Shown here piece after piece: positions 9,895-22,505 of a stretch of 64,000 bases of DNA. Source of the DNA: Nemertoderma westbladi (taxonomy: Eukaryota; Animalia; Xenacoelomorpha). Below the pieces are notes generated by a model. The model had not been told where the DNA came from, did no database searches, and saw nothing but the letters and a program-made list of their open reading frames with translations. How positions within the stretch are numbered: position 1 is the first letter of the stretch; each line of letters starts with the position of its first letter. The position numbers and the translations under genes were made by a program. The stretch spans positions 17,125 through 81,124 of the forward strand of contig JAUCBJ010003600.1 of the NCBI GenBank assembly GCA_032718475.1, read 5' to 3'.

Positions 9895-12775
9895 AACTCA
9901 GATGGTTTAGTGGACAGAGTTTATAGTTCCGATGGGTTAGTGGATATAGTTTATGGTTCGGATGGGTTGGTGGATAGAGTTTATGGTTCCAATGGGTTGG
10001 TGGATAGAGTTTATGGTTCCGATGGTTTGGTGGATAGAGTTTAGGGTTCCGATGTGTTGGTGGATAGAGTTTATGGCTCCGATGGGTCGGTGGATAGAGT
10101 TTATGGTTCCGATGGTTTGGTGGATAGAGTTTATGGTTCCCGATGGGTTGGTGGATAGAGGTTATGGTTCCGATGGGTTGGTGGATAGAGGTTATGGTTC
10201 CGATGGGTTGGTGGATAGAGTTTATCAGTCCGATGGGTTGGTGGATAGATTTTATGGTTCCGATGGGTTGGTGGAGAGAGTTTATGGTTCCGATGGATTG
10301 GTGAATAGAGTTTATGGTTCCGATGGGTTGGTGAATAGATTTTATGGTTTCGAAGGGTTGGTGGATAGAGTTTATGGTTCTGATGGGTTGGTGGATAGAG
10401 GTTATGGTTCCGATGGGTTGGTGGATAGAGTTTAGGGTTCCGATGTGTTGGTGGATAGAGTTTATGGCTCCGATGGGTCGGTGGATAGAGTTTATGGTTC
10501 CGATGGTTTGGTGGATAGAGTTTATGGTTCCCGATGGGTTGGTGGATAGAGGTTATGGTTCCGATGGGTTGGTGGATAGAGGTTATGGTTCCGATGGGTT
10601 GGTGGATAGAGTTTATCAGTCCGATGGGTTGGTGGATAGATTTTATGGTTCCGATGGGTTGGTGGAGAGAGTTTATGGTTCCGATGGATTGGTGAATAGA
10701 GTTTATGGTTCCGATGGGTTGGTGAATAGATTTTATGGTTTCGATGGGTTGGTGGATAGAGTTTATGGTTCTGATGGGTTGGTGGATAGAGGTTATGGTT
10801 CCGATGAATTACTGGACAGAGTTTATGAGTCCGATGGGTTGGTGGATAGAGGTTATGGTTCCGATGGGTTGGTGAATATAGTTTATGGTTCCGATGGGTT
10901 GGTGGATAGAGGTTATGGTTCCTATGGATTACTGGACAGAGTTTATGAGTCCGATGGGTTGGTGGATAGAGGTTATGGTTCCGATGGGTTGGTGAATAGA
11001 GTTTATGGTTCCGATGGGTTGGTGGATAGAGTTTATGGTTCTGATGGTTTGGTGGATAGAGGTTATGGTTCCGATGGATTACCTGACAGAGTTTATGAGT
11101 CCGATGGGTCACTGGATAGAGGTTATGGTTCCGATGGGTTGGTGAATAGAGTTTATGGTTCCGATGGGTTGGTGGATAGAGTTTATGGTTCTGATGGTTG
11201 GTGGATAGAGGTTATGGTTCCGATGGAATACTGGACAGAGTTTATGAGTCCGATGTGTTGGTGGATAGAGGTTATGGTTCCGATGGGTTGGTGAATAGAG
11301 TTTATGGTTCAGATGGGTTGGTGGATAGAGTTTATGGTTCCGATGGGTTGGTGGATAGAGTTTATGGTTCCGATGGGTTGGTGGATAGAGTTTAGGGTTC
11401 CGATGTGTTGGTGGATAGAGTTTATGGTTCCCATTGGTTAGTGGATAGAGTTTATGGTTCCGATGGGTTGGTGGATAGAGTTTATGGTTCCGATGGGTTG
11501 GTGGATAGAGTTTATGGTTCCGATGGGTTGGTGGATAGAGTTTATGGTTCCGATGGGTTGGTGGATAGAGTTTATGGTTCCGATGGGTTGGTTGATATAG
11601 TTTATGGTTCTGATGGGTTGGTTGATAGAGTTTATCGTTCCGATCGGTTGGTGGATAGAGTTTATGATTCCGATGGGTTGGTGGATAGATGTTTTGGTTC
11701 CGATGTGTTGGTGGATAAATGTTTTGGTTCCGATGTGTTGGTGGATAGAGTTTATGGTTCCCATTGGTTGGTGGATAGAGTTTATGGTTCCGATGGGTTG
11801 GTGGATAGAGTTTATGGTTCCGATGGGTTTGTGGATAGATGTTATGGTTCCGATGGGTTGGTGGATAGAGTTTATGGTTCCGATGGGTTGGTGGATAGAG
11901 TTCATGGTTCCGATGGGTTGGTGGATAGAGTTTAGGGTTCCGATGTGTTGGTGGATAGAGTTTATGGTTCCGATGGGTTGGTGGATAGAGTTTATGGTTC
12001 CGATGGGTTGGTGGATAGAGTTTAGGGTACCGATGTGTTGGTGGATAGAGTTTATGGTTCCGATGGGATGGTGGATAGAGTTTATGGTTCCGATGGGTTG
12101 GTGGATAGAGTTTAGCTTTCCGATGTGTTGGTGGATAGAGTTTATGGTTCCGATGGGTTGGTGGATAGAGTTTACGGTTCCGATGGGTTGGTGAATAGAG
12201 TTTATGGTTCCAATGGGTTGGTGGATAGAGTTTATGGTTCCGATGGGTTGGTGGATAGAGTTTATGGTTCCGATGGGTTGGTGGATAGAGTTTAGGGTTC
12301 CGATGTGTTGGTGGATAGAGTTTATGGTTCCGATGGGTTGGTGGATAGAGTTTAGGGTTTCGATGGGTTGGTGAATAGAGTTTATGGTTCCAATGGGTTG
12401 GTGGATAGAGTTTATGGTTCCAATGGTTTGGTGGATAGAGTTTATGGTTCCGATGGGTTGGTGGATAGAGTTTATGGTTCCGATGGGTTGGTGGATAGAG
12501 TTTATGGTTCCGATGGGTTGGTGGATAGAGTTTAGGGTTCCGATGTGTTGGTGGATAGAGTTTATGGTTCCGATGGGTTGGTGGATAGAGTTTAGGGTTC
12601 CGATGGGTTGGTGAATAGAGTTTATGGTTCCAATGGATTTTTTGGATAGAGTTTATGGTTCCGATGGGTTGGTTGATAGAGTTTATGGTTCCAATGGGTT
12701 GGTGGATAGAGTTTATGGTTCCGATGGGTTGGTGGATAGAGTTTTTGGTTCCGATGGGTTGGTGGATAGAGTTTG
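9895..12775. repeat. 30-bp G/T-rich minisatellite, ~95 copies
   Basis: Unit GATGGGTTGGTGGATAGAGTTTATGGTTCC. It contains an internal 391-bp block duplication (10051 vs 10442). Confidence 0.97.
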
Positions 12776-13543
12776 TGAGCTCTACCTATAAAATAAGTAG
12801 AAATAATATAATTTATTAATAATGTATTCAAAATAACGGTAATACCAGATTACACTTTGAGACCCCGACTGTAGGATATTTTCCATGTAACAATTTATTA
12901 CTAACTTATTCTGAAGTTTTCAATAATTGTGTTCCAAGTAATTTGGTTCCAACATCTCCATTAAGCCACTAATATTTGAGTTCCAGTAGATTCCAGGTTT
13001 GTGTTTCCAGATTTCCTGGTTTCCCAGACTACGACGAATATCTGATAAGGAACAAATCATGTCGGTTCATTACAGTCCAGAATCGGGGTTATCTTATCGG
13101 ATCGGCGATACTAAAAGATTTCAAGTTATCTGTTTTATAATTTAGGCGGTTGTTTGATTTGGTTCAGAGCCTGACAGTTTACTGGTTTACGATTCCGAGA
13201 TCAGGAGATATTCGTATTTCTATCTATAAAAGAGAAAACTTATAAAATATTTATTAAACTTTAACTTGAATGTATATTTACCATAATATAATAGAAATTG
13301 CACTAAATTTTATATATTTAATATAGTAGATGGTAGGCTATAAATAGCTATAAAATGCTAGTAGAAATTGTGTGTCCGGCCCTGACTGGCACTATAAGTT
13401 AAAAATAAATATGAGATATTATCCTTACCATTCTTGCTAAATAACATTATTATGGGATATATTCCAATAATATCCAAAACATTATTTATCTCTGGTTGGT
13501 AACAAAATTAAACACTGAAAATTGTATATAATTATTTTTATAT

Positions 13544-14389
13544 TTAGACTAAATCATCTAAATTATGTACAGCTGTAGTCAGGATATCAGCTATTTGACC
13601 CTGATTTGTGTCTCTCAGACATTGACAGAATGTAATAAAATCGTTGAATGACCTTCTAATTATCGCGTTGACCAGTTCATTATTCTTTGCCAATGTGGAT
13701 TCTTTACTATTGATTGATTCAGCTATAGAATCCCTAAACACTTGTTTCCTACAAAGTAATTTTATTACCAAGTTTGGTTCGATTCTATTAACTAAAACAA
13801 ACTTATATTTAGTTAGTATCAACGGAAACTTTTTATCATCATCTGTTGTTTTATCCTCTAAAATATATACTATATGAGTTTGATATGTTTCCTTTAATCC
13901 TTCAATAAATATTCCGTAATTATTTTCTGTACCCCATTTTATTGCCTCCAATAAAGTCTTTATTTTACTGAATACATTTGGTTTCGAGTTAATTATAGAT
14001 AAAACATCCCGAGACAAAGTTCGCTTAGCTTCTAAGAAAATTATAAGTTCCAATATTTCTAGTTTATCTAGAAGTTCATTCTCCTTAGACGCTATTTTCT
14101 TCCAATTTGAACTTAAATCACCTGTATATTTTTCTCTTATTAAGTTGCTTTCCATATGTTTATGAAACTTACATTTGACTTTATTATGTGAAATATTTTC
14201 ATCGATTTCAATAAAATGGAAACAAATTTCTTCTCTACAGTTAATTTCATTGTGCTGTTCGCATTTTGAATTACATTGACATTTTAAATGAAAACTAAAC
14301 GAAATGTTTTTTATTCGAATTTGTTTAAGGAATTCCTGCAATGAATTATTAAGATAACACTTCACTTTATTGACCAGCTGTGGATCCGG
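13544..14389 (-). pseudogene. Duplicated ROCO 3' module: COR tail (Cys-rich) + two CARD-like domains; paralog remnant or alternative terminal exon
   Basis: Open frame PDPQLVNKVKCYLNNSL...KCQCNSKCEQH...CFHF is collinear with PDPDIVNKVNHFINTSL...KCECNAKCDQH...CFHF of the main ORF, followed by two CARD-like helical repeats. No ATG; the frame is closed at 14416 inside the VNTR. Confidence 0.75.
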
Positions 14390-14390
14390 G

Positions 14391-15565
14391 TAATGTCTAT
14401 AACAGCAGCCTCTCTACCTTGATTGGTAACGTCTATAACAGCAGACTCTCTAGCTTCATTGGTAATGTCTATAACAGCAGCCCCTCTACCTTGATTGATA
14501 TCGTCTATTACAGCAGCCTCTCCACCTTCATTGGTAATGTCTATAACAGCAGCCCCTCTACCTTGATTGGTATCGTCTATTACAGCAGCCTTATCTACCT
14601 TGATTGGTAATGTCTATAACAGCAGCCTCTCTACCTTGATTGGTAACGTCTATAACAGCAGCCTCTCTACGTTGATTGGTAACGTTTATAACAGCAGCAT
14701 CTTCACCTTGATTGGTAAAGTCTATAACCCCAGCAGCCTCTCCACCGGTTGATTGGTAACATCTATAACAACAGCTACATTATATTGATTGGCAATGTCT
14801 ATAACAGCAGCCTCTCCACCGGTTGATTGGTAACATCTATAACAACAGCTACATTACATTAATTGGCAATGTCTATAACAGCAGCCCCTCTACCTTGATT
14901 GGTATCGTCTATTACAGCAGCCTCTCTACGTTGATTGGTAGCGTTTATAACAGCAGCCTCTTCACCTTGATTGGTAAAGTCTATAACCCCAGCAGCCTCT
15001 CCACCGGTTGATTGGTAACATCTATAACAACAGCTACATTACATTAATTGGCAATGTCTATCTATAACAGCAGCCTCTCCACCGGTTGATTGGTAACATC
15101 TATAACAACAGCTACATTACATTGATTGGCAATGTCTATAACAGCAGCCTCTCCACCGGTGGATTGGTAACGTTTATAACAGCAGTCTCTCTACCTTGAT
15201 TGGTAACGTCTATAACAGCAGCCTCTTCACCTTCATTGGTAATGTCTATAACAGCAGCCTCTTCACCTTCATTGGTGATGTCTATAACAGCACCCCCTCT
15301 ACCTTGATTGGCAATGTCTATAACAGCAGCCTCTCTACCTCGATTGGTAATGTCTATAACAGCAGCTTCTCTACCTCGATTGGTGATGTCTATAACAGCA
15401 CCCCCTCTACCTTGATTGGCAATGTCTATAACAGCAGACTCTCCACCTGTTGATTGGTAACATCTATAACAACAGCTACATTACATTGATTGGCAATGTC
15501 TATAACAGCAGCCTCTCCACCGGTTGATTGGTAACGTCTATAACCCCAGCGGCCTCTCCACCTTG
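14391..15565. repeat. ~36-bp VNTR (36-41 bp variants) overlapping the ROCO stop codon
   Basis: Unit TTGATTGGTAATGTCTATAACAGCAGCCTCTCTACC. On the minus strand it reads GREAAVIDITNQ, matching the last ~35 aa of the ROCO ORF. Confidence 0.95.
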
Positions 15566-18500
15566 ATTAGTATTATCTCTATCAGCAACTTCATCAGGTT
15601 GATCGGTAATGTCTACAATATCCGCATCATAACCTTTGGTAGCTTCCTCTAGAGTATCAGCTAAATGATGTTGGTTGGTGACACGAAGACATTTACAAAA
15701 AGATAGAAAATCCTTGTAAGATCTTTTCATTACTGCGTTTATAAGTACAACATTCTTACTATCTATCGATTCTTTACATTCTATTATTTCTATGATAGAT
15801 TTACTTATAACTTTTCTGATAACAAGAAGTTGTGCAACAAATTTAGTTTGTTCTAAATTTTTCATTAACATATATTTATACTTTGTTAGAATATCAGGGA
15901 ACATTTGGTCTTCCATTTTGATTTTTTCATGCAAAATTTCAACCAAAAGCGGTTGATTGGTTACATATAATGCTTCAATAAATACTTTGTAATTATTTTC
16001 TGATCCCCATTTTATTGACTCCAACAAAATCTTATTCTTACTCATCAAATTCGACTTAGATTCAATAACAGCTAAAACTTCCTTTGATATAGCCCCCTTA
16101 CTTGCTAAGTATACAAGTAACTCTGAGATTTCCAGTCTATCAATAAGGTCATCTTGGTTAGTTGTAATGTTTAACCAATGTGAGCTAAATCTCCCAACAA
16201 CAGGGAATTTTCCACTAATAAATCGACTTCTAACAGTGTTATTAAATTGACATTCAACAAAATCATTTGATAAAATATCAGCCAGTTTAACAAAGTGAAA
16301 ACACCCTTCTTCATTGCAGTCAAGTAATCTATGTTGATCGCATTTAGCATTACATTCACATTTTATTTCGAACTCAAATGAAATATTTTTAAATCTCATT
16401 TGGGTAATAATTTCCTTCAATGAAGTATTAATAAAGTGATTTACTTTATTAACAATATCCGGATCTGGTGCAAGTTTACTTTCAGTTTGTTCATCGCCCG
16501 AACTAAACATCTCAGATCTAACTACCTGAACTTTAATCCAATTTAATGAAATAGAAGATCTTTCCAAAATTACCTGATGATTAAAATCTAAAAATATTTG
16601 AGCAACTCTGTGGTAAAGTTTAGGTTGAATTACTCTATTACCTACAATGTAGGACAAATCAATAGTTCTCTTAATTAAACGGTAGTACAATCCTTGCGGT
16701 AAGAAACTCTTGAATGTAATATAAAATTCAACTTTACATTGTCTTGGTGTGAATGGAGTATATCTAACAGATTTAAGGCGGCAAGGTACATAATAAGCCA
16801 ACTTTACATCATCTTGCAATGTTCTTTCGGTTTTTGGTAAAACTCGTTCACATAGTAAATCAAAACGTTCTAGAATATTCAACATAAATTGTTTTTTATC
16901 AAGAACGTCTTCCCACAGATAATCAAGGAGTTCTTCATGTAATATACCATTGTTGTCCAGGTCCTTCCAGAACGTAAAATGTTGTTTCTTTATTTTGTCT
17001 TTTACAGTTATTATTTTGGTAAACATTCCACTCAACCATTCTGGGCTCAGTATAACAGTATCCCTTAGAGATTCATCATCAAAGTAAATTATTTTACCCA
17101 TATCGTGGTAAAATTCTAACATTGTTTTCAAACCAATGTTATCCATTTCTACATCAATATCCTTTAATTTAATCTCTAGCAAGTCAATGTCAATATAAAC
17201 TTTACCATCCGTTATTAATTGAGACACAAGTTGGTCAAATTTTAGATATTGCAAAGGTATTTCCTCCTTAAAATTTGCCATTTCGTTGACAATATCGGCC
17301 TGTAAATTTTCAAGTCCTTTCTCTCCACCATATATAATTTCTCTATTATTCTCTATAGCAATGTAATCTTTAATTAAATTATCTGTATATGAAGATTTAC
17401 CCAAATGGGTCTTAATCTTTTCAAATATTTTACTTGCTATTACAGATTGAGTTGCAGGATCAGCATGTAAGCTGCCTTTATGAGTTCCAACTACAAAAAC
17501 AGGTGGACAAGAATTTATTTCTAGTTTTGTACCAAATGAATAAATATTTTTTAACCAAAATTCAATAAACTCAATATTCTTAATCTCACCGAAAACAAAC
17601 TCATTAATATTGTTTTCATCTGATCTGAAAATAATATCAGGAGTTTTTTCAAGATTTTCCAAGAGATTAAATACAATTATATAAATAGCACGTCTACTCA
17701 AAAATATCTGATGGGTTGTGTAATAAATACATTGGCCACCAAAATCGACTATCTGTAGAGAAAAGCGACTGTCTTCCTCATTAAATTTAGCCAGAATATC
17801 TTGAGGTTTACCAGATAACAATATATCCTCTACTCCCTTTGTGATGTTTTCAGGAATATCATTTTCCATAGCTTCCCTTATGGGTTGCCTAGAAAGATTT
17901 TCTTCAATAGGTTTACTTTCATTCTCACCAGTTAATAAAGTTGTACTAGATTTTTTATTTATCCACAAAGTATCCTTTTGAACTTTCTCAGCACCATAAC
18001 TTGAAGTTGTAGTAGCAATCTTAGGTTGATCATCAGTAGAAGATGAAGGTGTTGCAACTGAGGGTGTCGCAATACCAATACCCATTGCCGAAGTTCCAGA
18101 AATATCAGACTCATCACCTGCAACTTGTTTTCTTTCTAGAACTGTTTTTGCAATTTCCTTAGTAATGACGACATCAACAGCTGTCTCAAGCTCTTCTTTC
18201 ATGTTGGTCCAATCTCTGTTTTGTTCGGTATTTATAATACAGTTAGCAGATGAGTCAATACCATCAGTTATTGGTTCATTTATATCAAACGGTTGACCAA
18301 TAAGGGACTTCTTCAAACTAGTTTTACCAGCCCTCTCTTGTCCCACTAACATTAACCGGGTTTTCAATATCCATGTAGTCCCTTTAGAAAGAGCTGCTTT
18401 ATATGCAGCCAATGCTTCTGGGCCTCTCGCCAGTATCTCTATCGGCAGTTTTTGTTCTTTAATATAATTAATTAAAAATTTTGGAAGTTTCAGTGTATTA

Positions 18501-18867
18501 AATCCACTTATATTCATAATCATAAGTCCCATGTCTCTGAATTTATTAACAATTTCAATTGTTAAAATTTCATTTAAACCCCAAATACTAACCAGATTCT
18601 GGGTTGTTAGCTCAGAAATATCTGCATCCAGTCTAAAGTAAAGTTCTTTCTCTTTATCTGAAAGAACATCAACAGTAGATATAATTATATCAGTTATCTT
18701 ACCCTGGAGTGGTTTATTTATGGGACCAACCCATCCAATATACTCAACAATTTCCTTTACTTCTTCAGTTTTCTCCAATATACTTTCCACCTGTTTGATA
18801 CTTTTCTTTCTTTCAGTTTGACCTTCACGGAACGTATCAATTACTGTAATTGTGCCGCCATTATCTC
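15500..18867 (-). CDS. ROCO-family exon: winged-helix-like + Roc GTPase + COR + two CARD-like domains
   Basis: PIEILARGPEALAAYKAAL pre-Roc helix; P-loop LMLVGQERAGKTSL; switch I TDGID; G3 DFGGQCIYYTTHQIFLS; G4 VGTHKG; COR motifs FYHDMGKIIYF, VILSPEWL, YYVPCRL, LPQGLYYRL; two C-terminal CARD-like repeats. Acceptor TTATCCTTTATACAG ends at 18868. Confidence 0.92.
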
Positions 18868-19203
18868 CTGTATAAAGGATAATTATCATTAAGCTGTCTT
18901 TCCACTATGTTGACATCCAATAATACGATGAAAAATTCAGGGTTGGAGCAAGTTAAATTATCTAAAATCTCGAGGTAATTCATTCATATTTTCAGAACTA
19001 ACTTAAACATAGTTTCAACAACAGTATCAAAACTTTAACCAATCTCGATTTATTAGGTAGGGTACAAATGTAGTATTTGGGCGCTATGGAGGTATTTATA
19101 TAGTAATAAAAAGAACACCAATTTGTTTGTAAAGGACAGACTTATTGCAATATTGTCGATGTTATTAACTACTTTGGTGGGTTTAGAATGGAGTATACGC
19201 ATA

Positions 19204-20082
19204 AGCAAATTACAAATATAATTATAAATATATTTCGTTAAGGCTCTCCAATATGCACCTACGGTCCCTATACGTTTCCCTGCCTATGTCTTCTATTTTT
19301 TTGGTTATTTATTATGTTTTTAGTGCAATTTTCAACAGATAACAAGTCGTACGTTACGTTAGTCAATTCTGCAATTTATATTAGAATTTGTACTTTATTG
19401 ATAATGAAAGCGCTGAGCTACCGCAATATATTTGTAATTATATTTGAAATTTGATTAATAATATTTAACTTGCTCCAACCCAGAATCTTTCATCGAATAT
19501 ATCTGACATCTCAAACTTTCTTATAGTTAATCCAAAATTACGTATTATAGCAAGGATCTTTCTTTCAGTTTGATCTTTACTGAACGTATCAATTACTGTA
19601 ATTGTGCCGCCATTATCTCCTGTATAAAGTATAATTATCGTTAAGCTGTCTTTCCTCTGAGTTGACATCCAGTATTAGAGTACGATGAAAAATTCTGGGT
19701 TGGAGCAAATTAATTTTTATTAATCAAATTACAAATATAATTATAAATATAATTCGTTAGGCTCTCCAGTATGCACCTATGGTCCCTATACGTTTCCCTG
19801 CCTATGTCTTCTGTTTTTTGGTTACAACTTTTATTCTGTGCAATTCAGTGCAATTTTCAACAGATATAAAGTCGTACATTACGTTAAGTCAATTCTGCAA
19901 TTTATATTAGAATTTGTACTTTATTGATAATGATAGCGCTGAGCTACCGAAATATATTTGTAATTATATTTGAAATTTGATTAATAATATTTAACTTGCT
20001 CCAAACCAGAATCTTTCATCGAATATATCTGACATCTCAAACTTTCTTATAGTTAATCCAAAATTACGTATTATAGCAAGGA
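19204..20082. repeat. Local ~360-bp direct duplication (19204-19560 vs 19724-20082)
   Basis: Both copies run from CAAATTACAAATATAATTATAAAT to TTACGTATTATAGCAAGGAT with few differences. Confidence 0.9.
19465..19619 (-). CDS. Duplicated acceptor + start of the ROCO exon; candidate short alternative terminal exon
   Basis: 19556-19710 duplicates 18805-18955, including TTTATACAG|GAGATAATGGCGGC. It reads GDNGGTITVIDTFSKDQTERK and then unrelated sequence to a stop at 19465. Confidence 0.4.
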
Positions 20083-20085
20083 TAA

Positions 20086-20385
20086 ACGGACAATAGGCGG
20101 GACAATAGGCGGGGCAATAGGCGGGACAATAGGCGGGACAATAGGCGGGACAATAGGCGGGACAATAGGCGGGACAATAGGTGGGACAATAGGCGGGACA
20201 ATAGGCGGGACAAAAGGCGGGGCAATAGGCGGGACAATAGACGGGACAATAGGCAGGACAATAGGCCGGACAATAGGTGGGACAATAGGCGGAACATTAG
20301 GTGGGACAATAGGCGGGATAATAGGCGGGACAATAGGCGGGACAATAGGCGGGACAATAGGCGGGACAATAGGCGGGACAATAGG
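20086..20385. repeat. 12-bp minisatellite (GGCGGGACAATA)n, ~25 copies
   Basis: Directly visible; it produces the PPIV/SRLL pseudo-ORFs. Confidence 0.97.
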
Positions 20386-20461
20386 ATGGTTAAAATTATA
20401 AAAATATGTTTTTTGCAATATTTCTGAGCCGAAGTATGAAGCTGAAATACAATATCTCACT

Positions 20462-22263
20462 AATACTGTATACTGTTAATATAAACAAGTACACCCGCAA
20501 TACTGTATACTGTTAATATAAACAACTACCCGCGATACTGTATACTGTTAATATAAACAACTACCCGCGATACTATACTGGTAATATAAACAACTACCCG
20601 CGATACTGTATACTGTTAATATAAACAACTACCCGCGATAATGTATACTGGTAATATAAACAACTACCCGCGGTACTGTATACTGTTAATATAAACAACT
20701 ACCCGCGATACTGTATACTGTTAATATGAACAACTACCCATGATACTGTATACTGTTAATATAAACAACTACCCGCGATATTGTATACTGTTAATAAACA
20801 ACTACCCGCGATACTGTATACTGTTAATAAAAACAACTACCCGCGATACTGTATACTGTTAATATAAACAACTACCCGCGATAGTGTATACTGTTAATAT
20901 AAACAACTACCCGCGATACTGTATACTGTTACTAAAAAAAAAACTACCCGCGATACTGTATACTGTTAATATAAACAACTACCCGCGATACTGTATACTG
21001 TTAATATAAACAACTACCCGCGATACTGTTAATATAAACAACTACCCGCGATACTGTATACTATTAATATAAACAACTACCCGCGATATTGTATACTGTT
21101 AATATAAACAACTACCCGCGATACTGTATACTGTTAATATAAACAACTACCCGCGATACTATACTGGTAATATAAACAACTACCCGCGATACTGTATACT
21201 GTTAATATAAACAACTACCCGCGATATTGTATACTGTTAATAAACAACTACCCGCGATACTGTATACTGTTAATAAAAACAACTACCCGCGATACTGTAT
21301 ACTGTTAATATAAACAACTACCCGCGATAGCGTATACTGTTAATATAAACAACTACCCGCGATACTGTATACTGTTACTAAAAAAAAAACTACCCGCGAT
21401 ACTGTATATTGTTAATATAAACAACTACCCGCGATACTGTTAATATAAACAACTACCCGCGATACTGTATACTATTAATATAAACAACTACCCGCGATAT
21501 TGTATACTGTTAATATAAACAACTACCCGCGATACTGTATACTGTTAATATAAACAACTACCCGCGATACTATACTGGTAATATAAACAACTACCCGCGA
21601 TACTGTATACAGTTAATATAAACAACTACCCGCGATATTGTATACTGTTAATAAACAACTACCCGCGATACTGTATACTGTTAATAAAAACAACTACCCG
21701 CGATACTGTATACTGTTAATAAAAACAACTACCCGCGATACTGTATACTGTTAATATAAACAACTACCCGCGATGATATTGATATTGATATTGATTTATT
21801 AGTGACGGGACACATAATAGATAATATTTAAGTTGGTATAGACCGTTAGCAACCATACAATTGTTATAGATACAGTACGAGATATTTTTGTTATGAAATT
21901 AAATCAGTATGGTATGAAAAATATATGAACAGTACATCTTACGCGAGTTATATCGATAAAATTGTCACTTAATGGGATAGCCACATGAGGCGCACCTCGT
22001 TTCCATGTGGGTCCCCGATACTGTATACTGTTAATATAAACAACTACCCGCGATACTATATACTGTTAATATAAACAACTACCCGCGATACTGTATACTG
22101 TTAATATAAACAACTACCCGCGATACTGTATACTGTTAATATAAACAACTACCCGCGATACTGTATACTGTTAATATAAACAACTACCCGCGATATTGTA
22201 TACTGTTAATATAAACAACTACCCGCGATACTGTATACTGTTAATATAAACAACTACCCGCGA
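20462..22263. repeat. 35-bp minisatellite interrupted by an insertion at ~21775-22015
   Basis: Unit GATACTGTATACTGTTAATATAAACAACTACCCGC. Confidence 0.97.
21775..22015 (-). mobile_element. 5'-truncated LINE 3' end (CR1/L2-like) inserted in the minisatellite
   Basis: Minus strand has a stem-loop (CCACATG...CATGTGG) and ends AATAAA + (TCAATA)3 tail. Flanked by a CGAT duplication of the repeat unit. Confidence 0.6.
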
Positions 22264-22264
22264 G

Positions 22265-22505
22265 ATGTGGTCGAGAATAGTCTCCAACACTCCGCTAGCT
22301 CCAACAGTAGCACCCAAACCTACATACGATACTTATTGTGTTATACGATTTGTACCAACAGTCTCCAAAGCTATAAAAACAATCCTTGATCAGATTGGAT
22401 TGCACACATTTAATTTCAAACGTAGCACTCGGTCAAATAAATTGGACCAGACGAACTACCAATTTAAACTTCGGTCTAATAGCAGTCAATAGTGCTGGTT
22501 TACAA
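22265..22505 (+). mobile_element. Possible Penelope-like element fragment (RT-to-GIY-YIG linker)
   Basis: YCVIRFVPTVSKAIKTILDQIGLHTFNFK...VLVYK resembles the PLE linker consensus (lPyv..vSe.I.riL...gi...FKp...vVYkI). Confidence 0.4.

Noticed and set aside
15500-18889. ROCO ORF as a standalone intronless gene starting at the ATG at 18889
   Set aside because: The first 7 codons coincide with a pyrimidine-rich acceptor and the following residues complete a WD40 blade, so the spliced model fits better.
18890-18930. Apparent P-loop IIGCQHSGKTA upstream of the ROCO ORF (minus strand)
   Set aside because: Different frame, bracketed by stops, and inside the predicted intron; probably chance, though a decayed NB-ARC relic cannot be excluded.
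20462-22263. 35-bp repeats (and the 30/36-bp arrays) as CRISPR-like arrays
   Set aside because: Head-to-tail units with no unique spacers, no cas genes, and a eukaryotic context.
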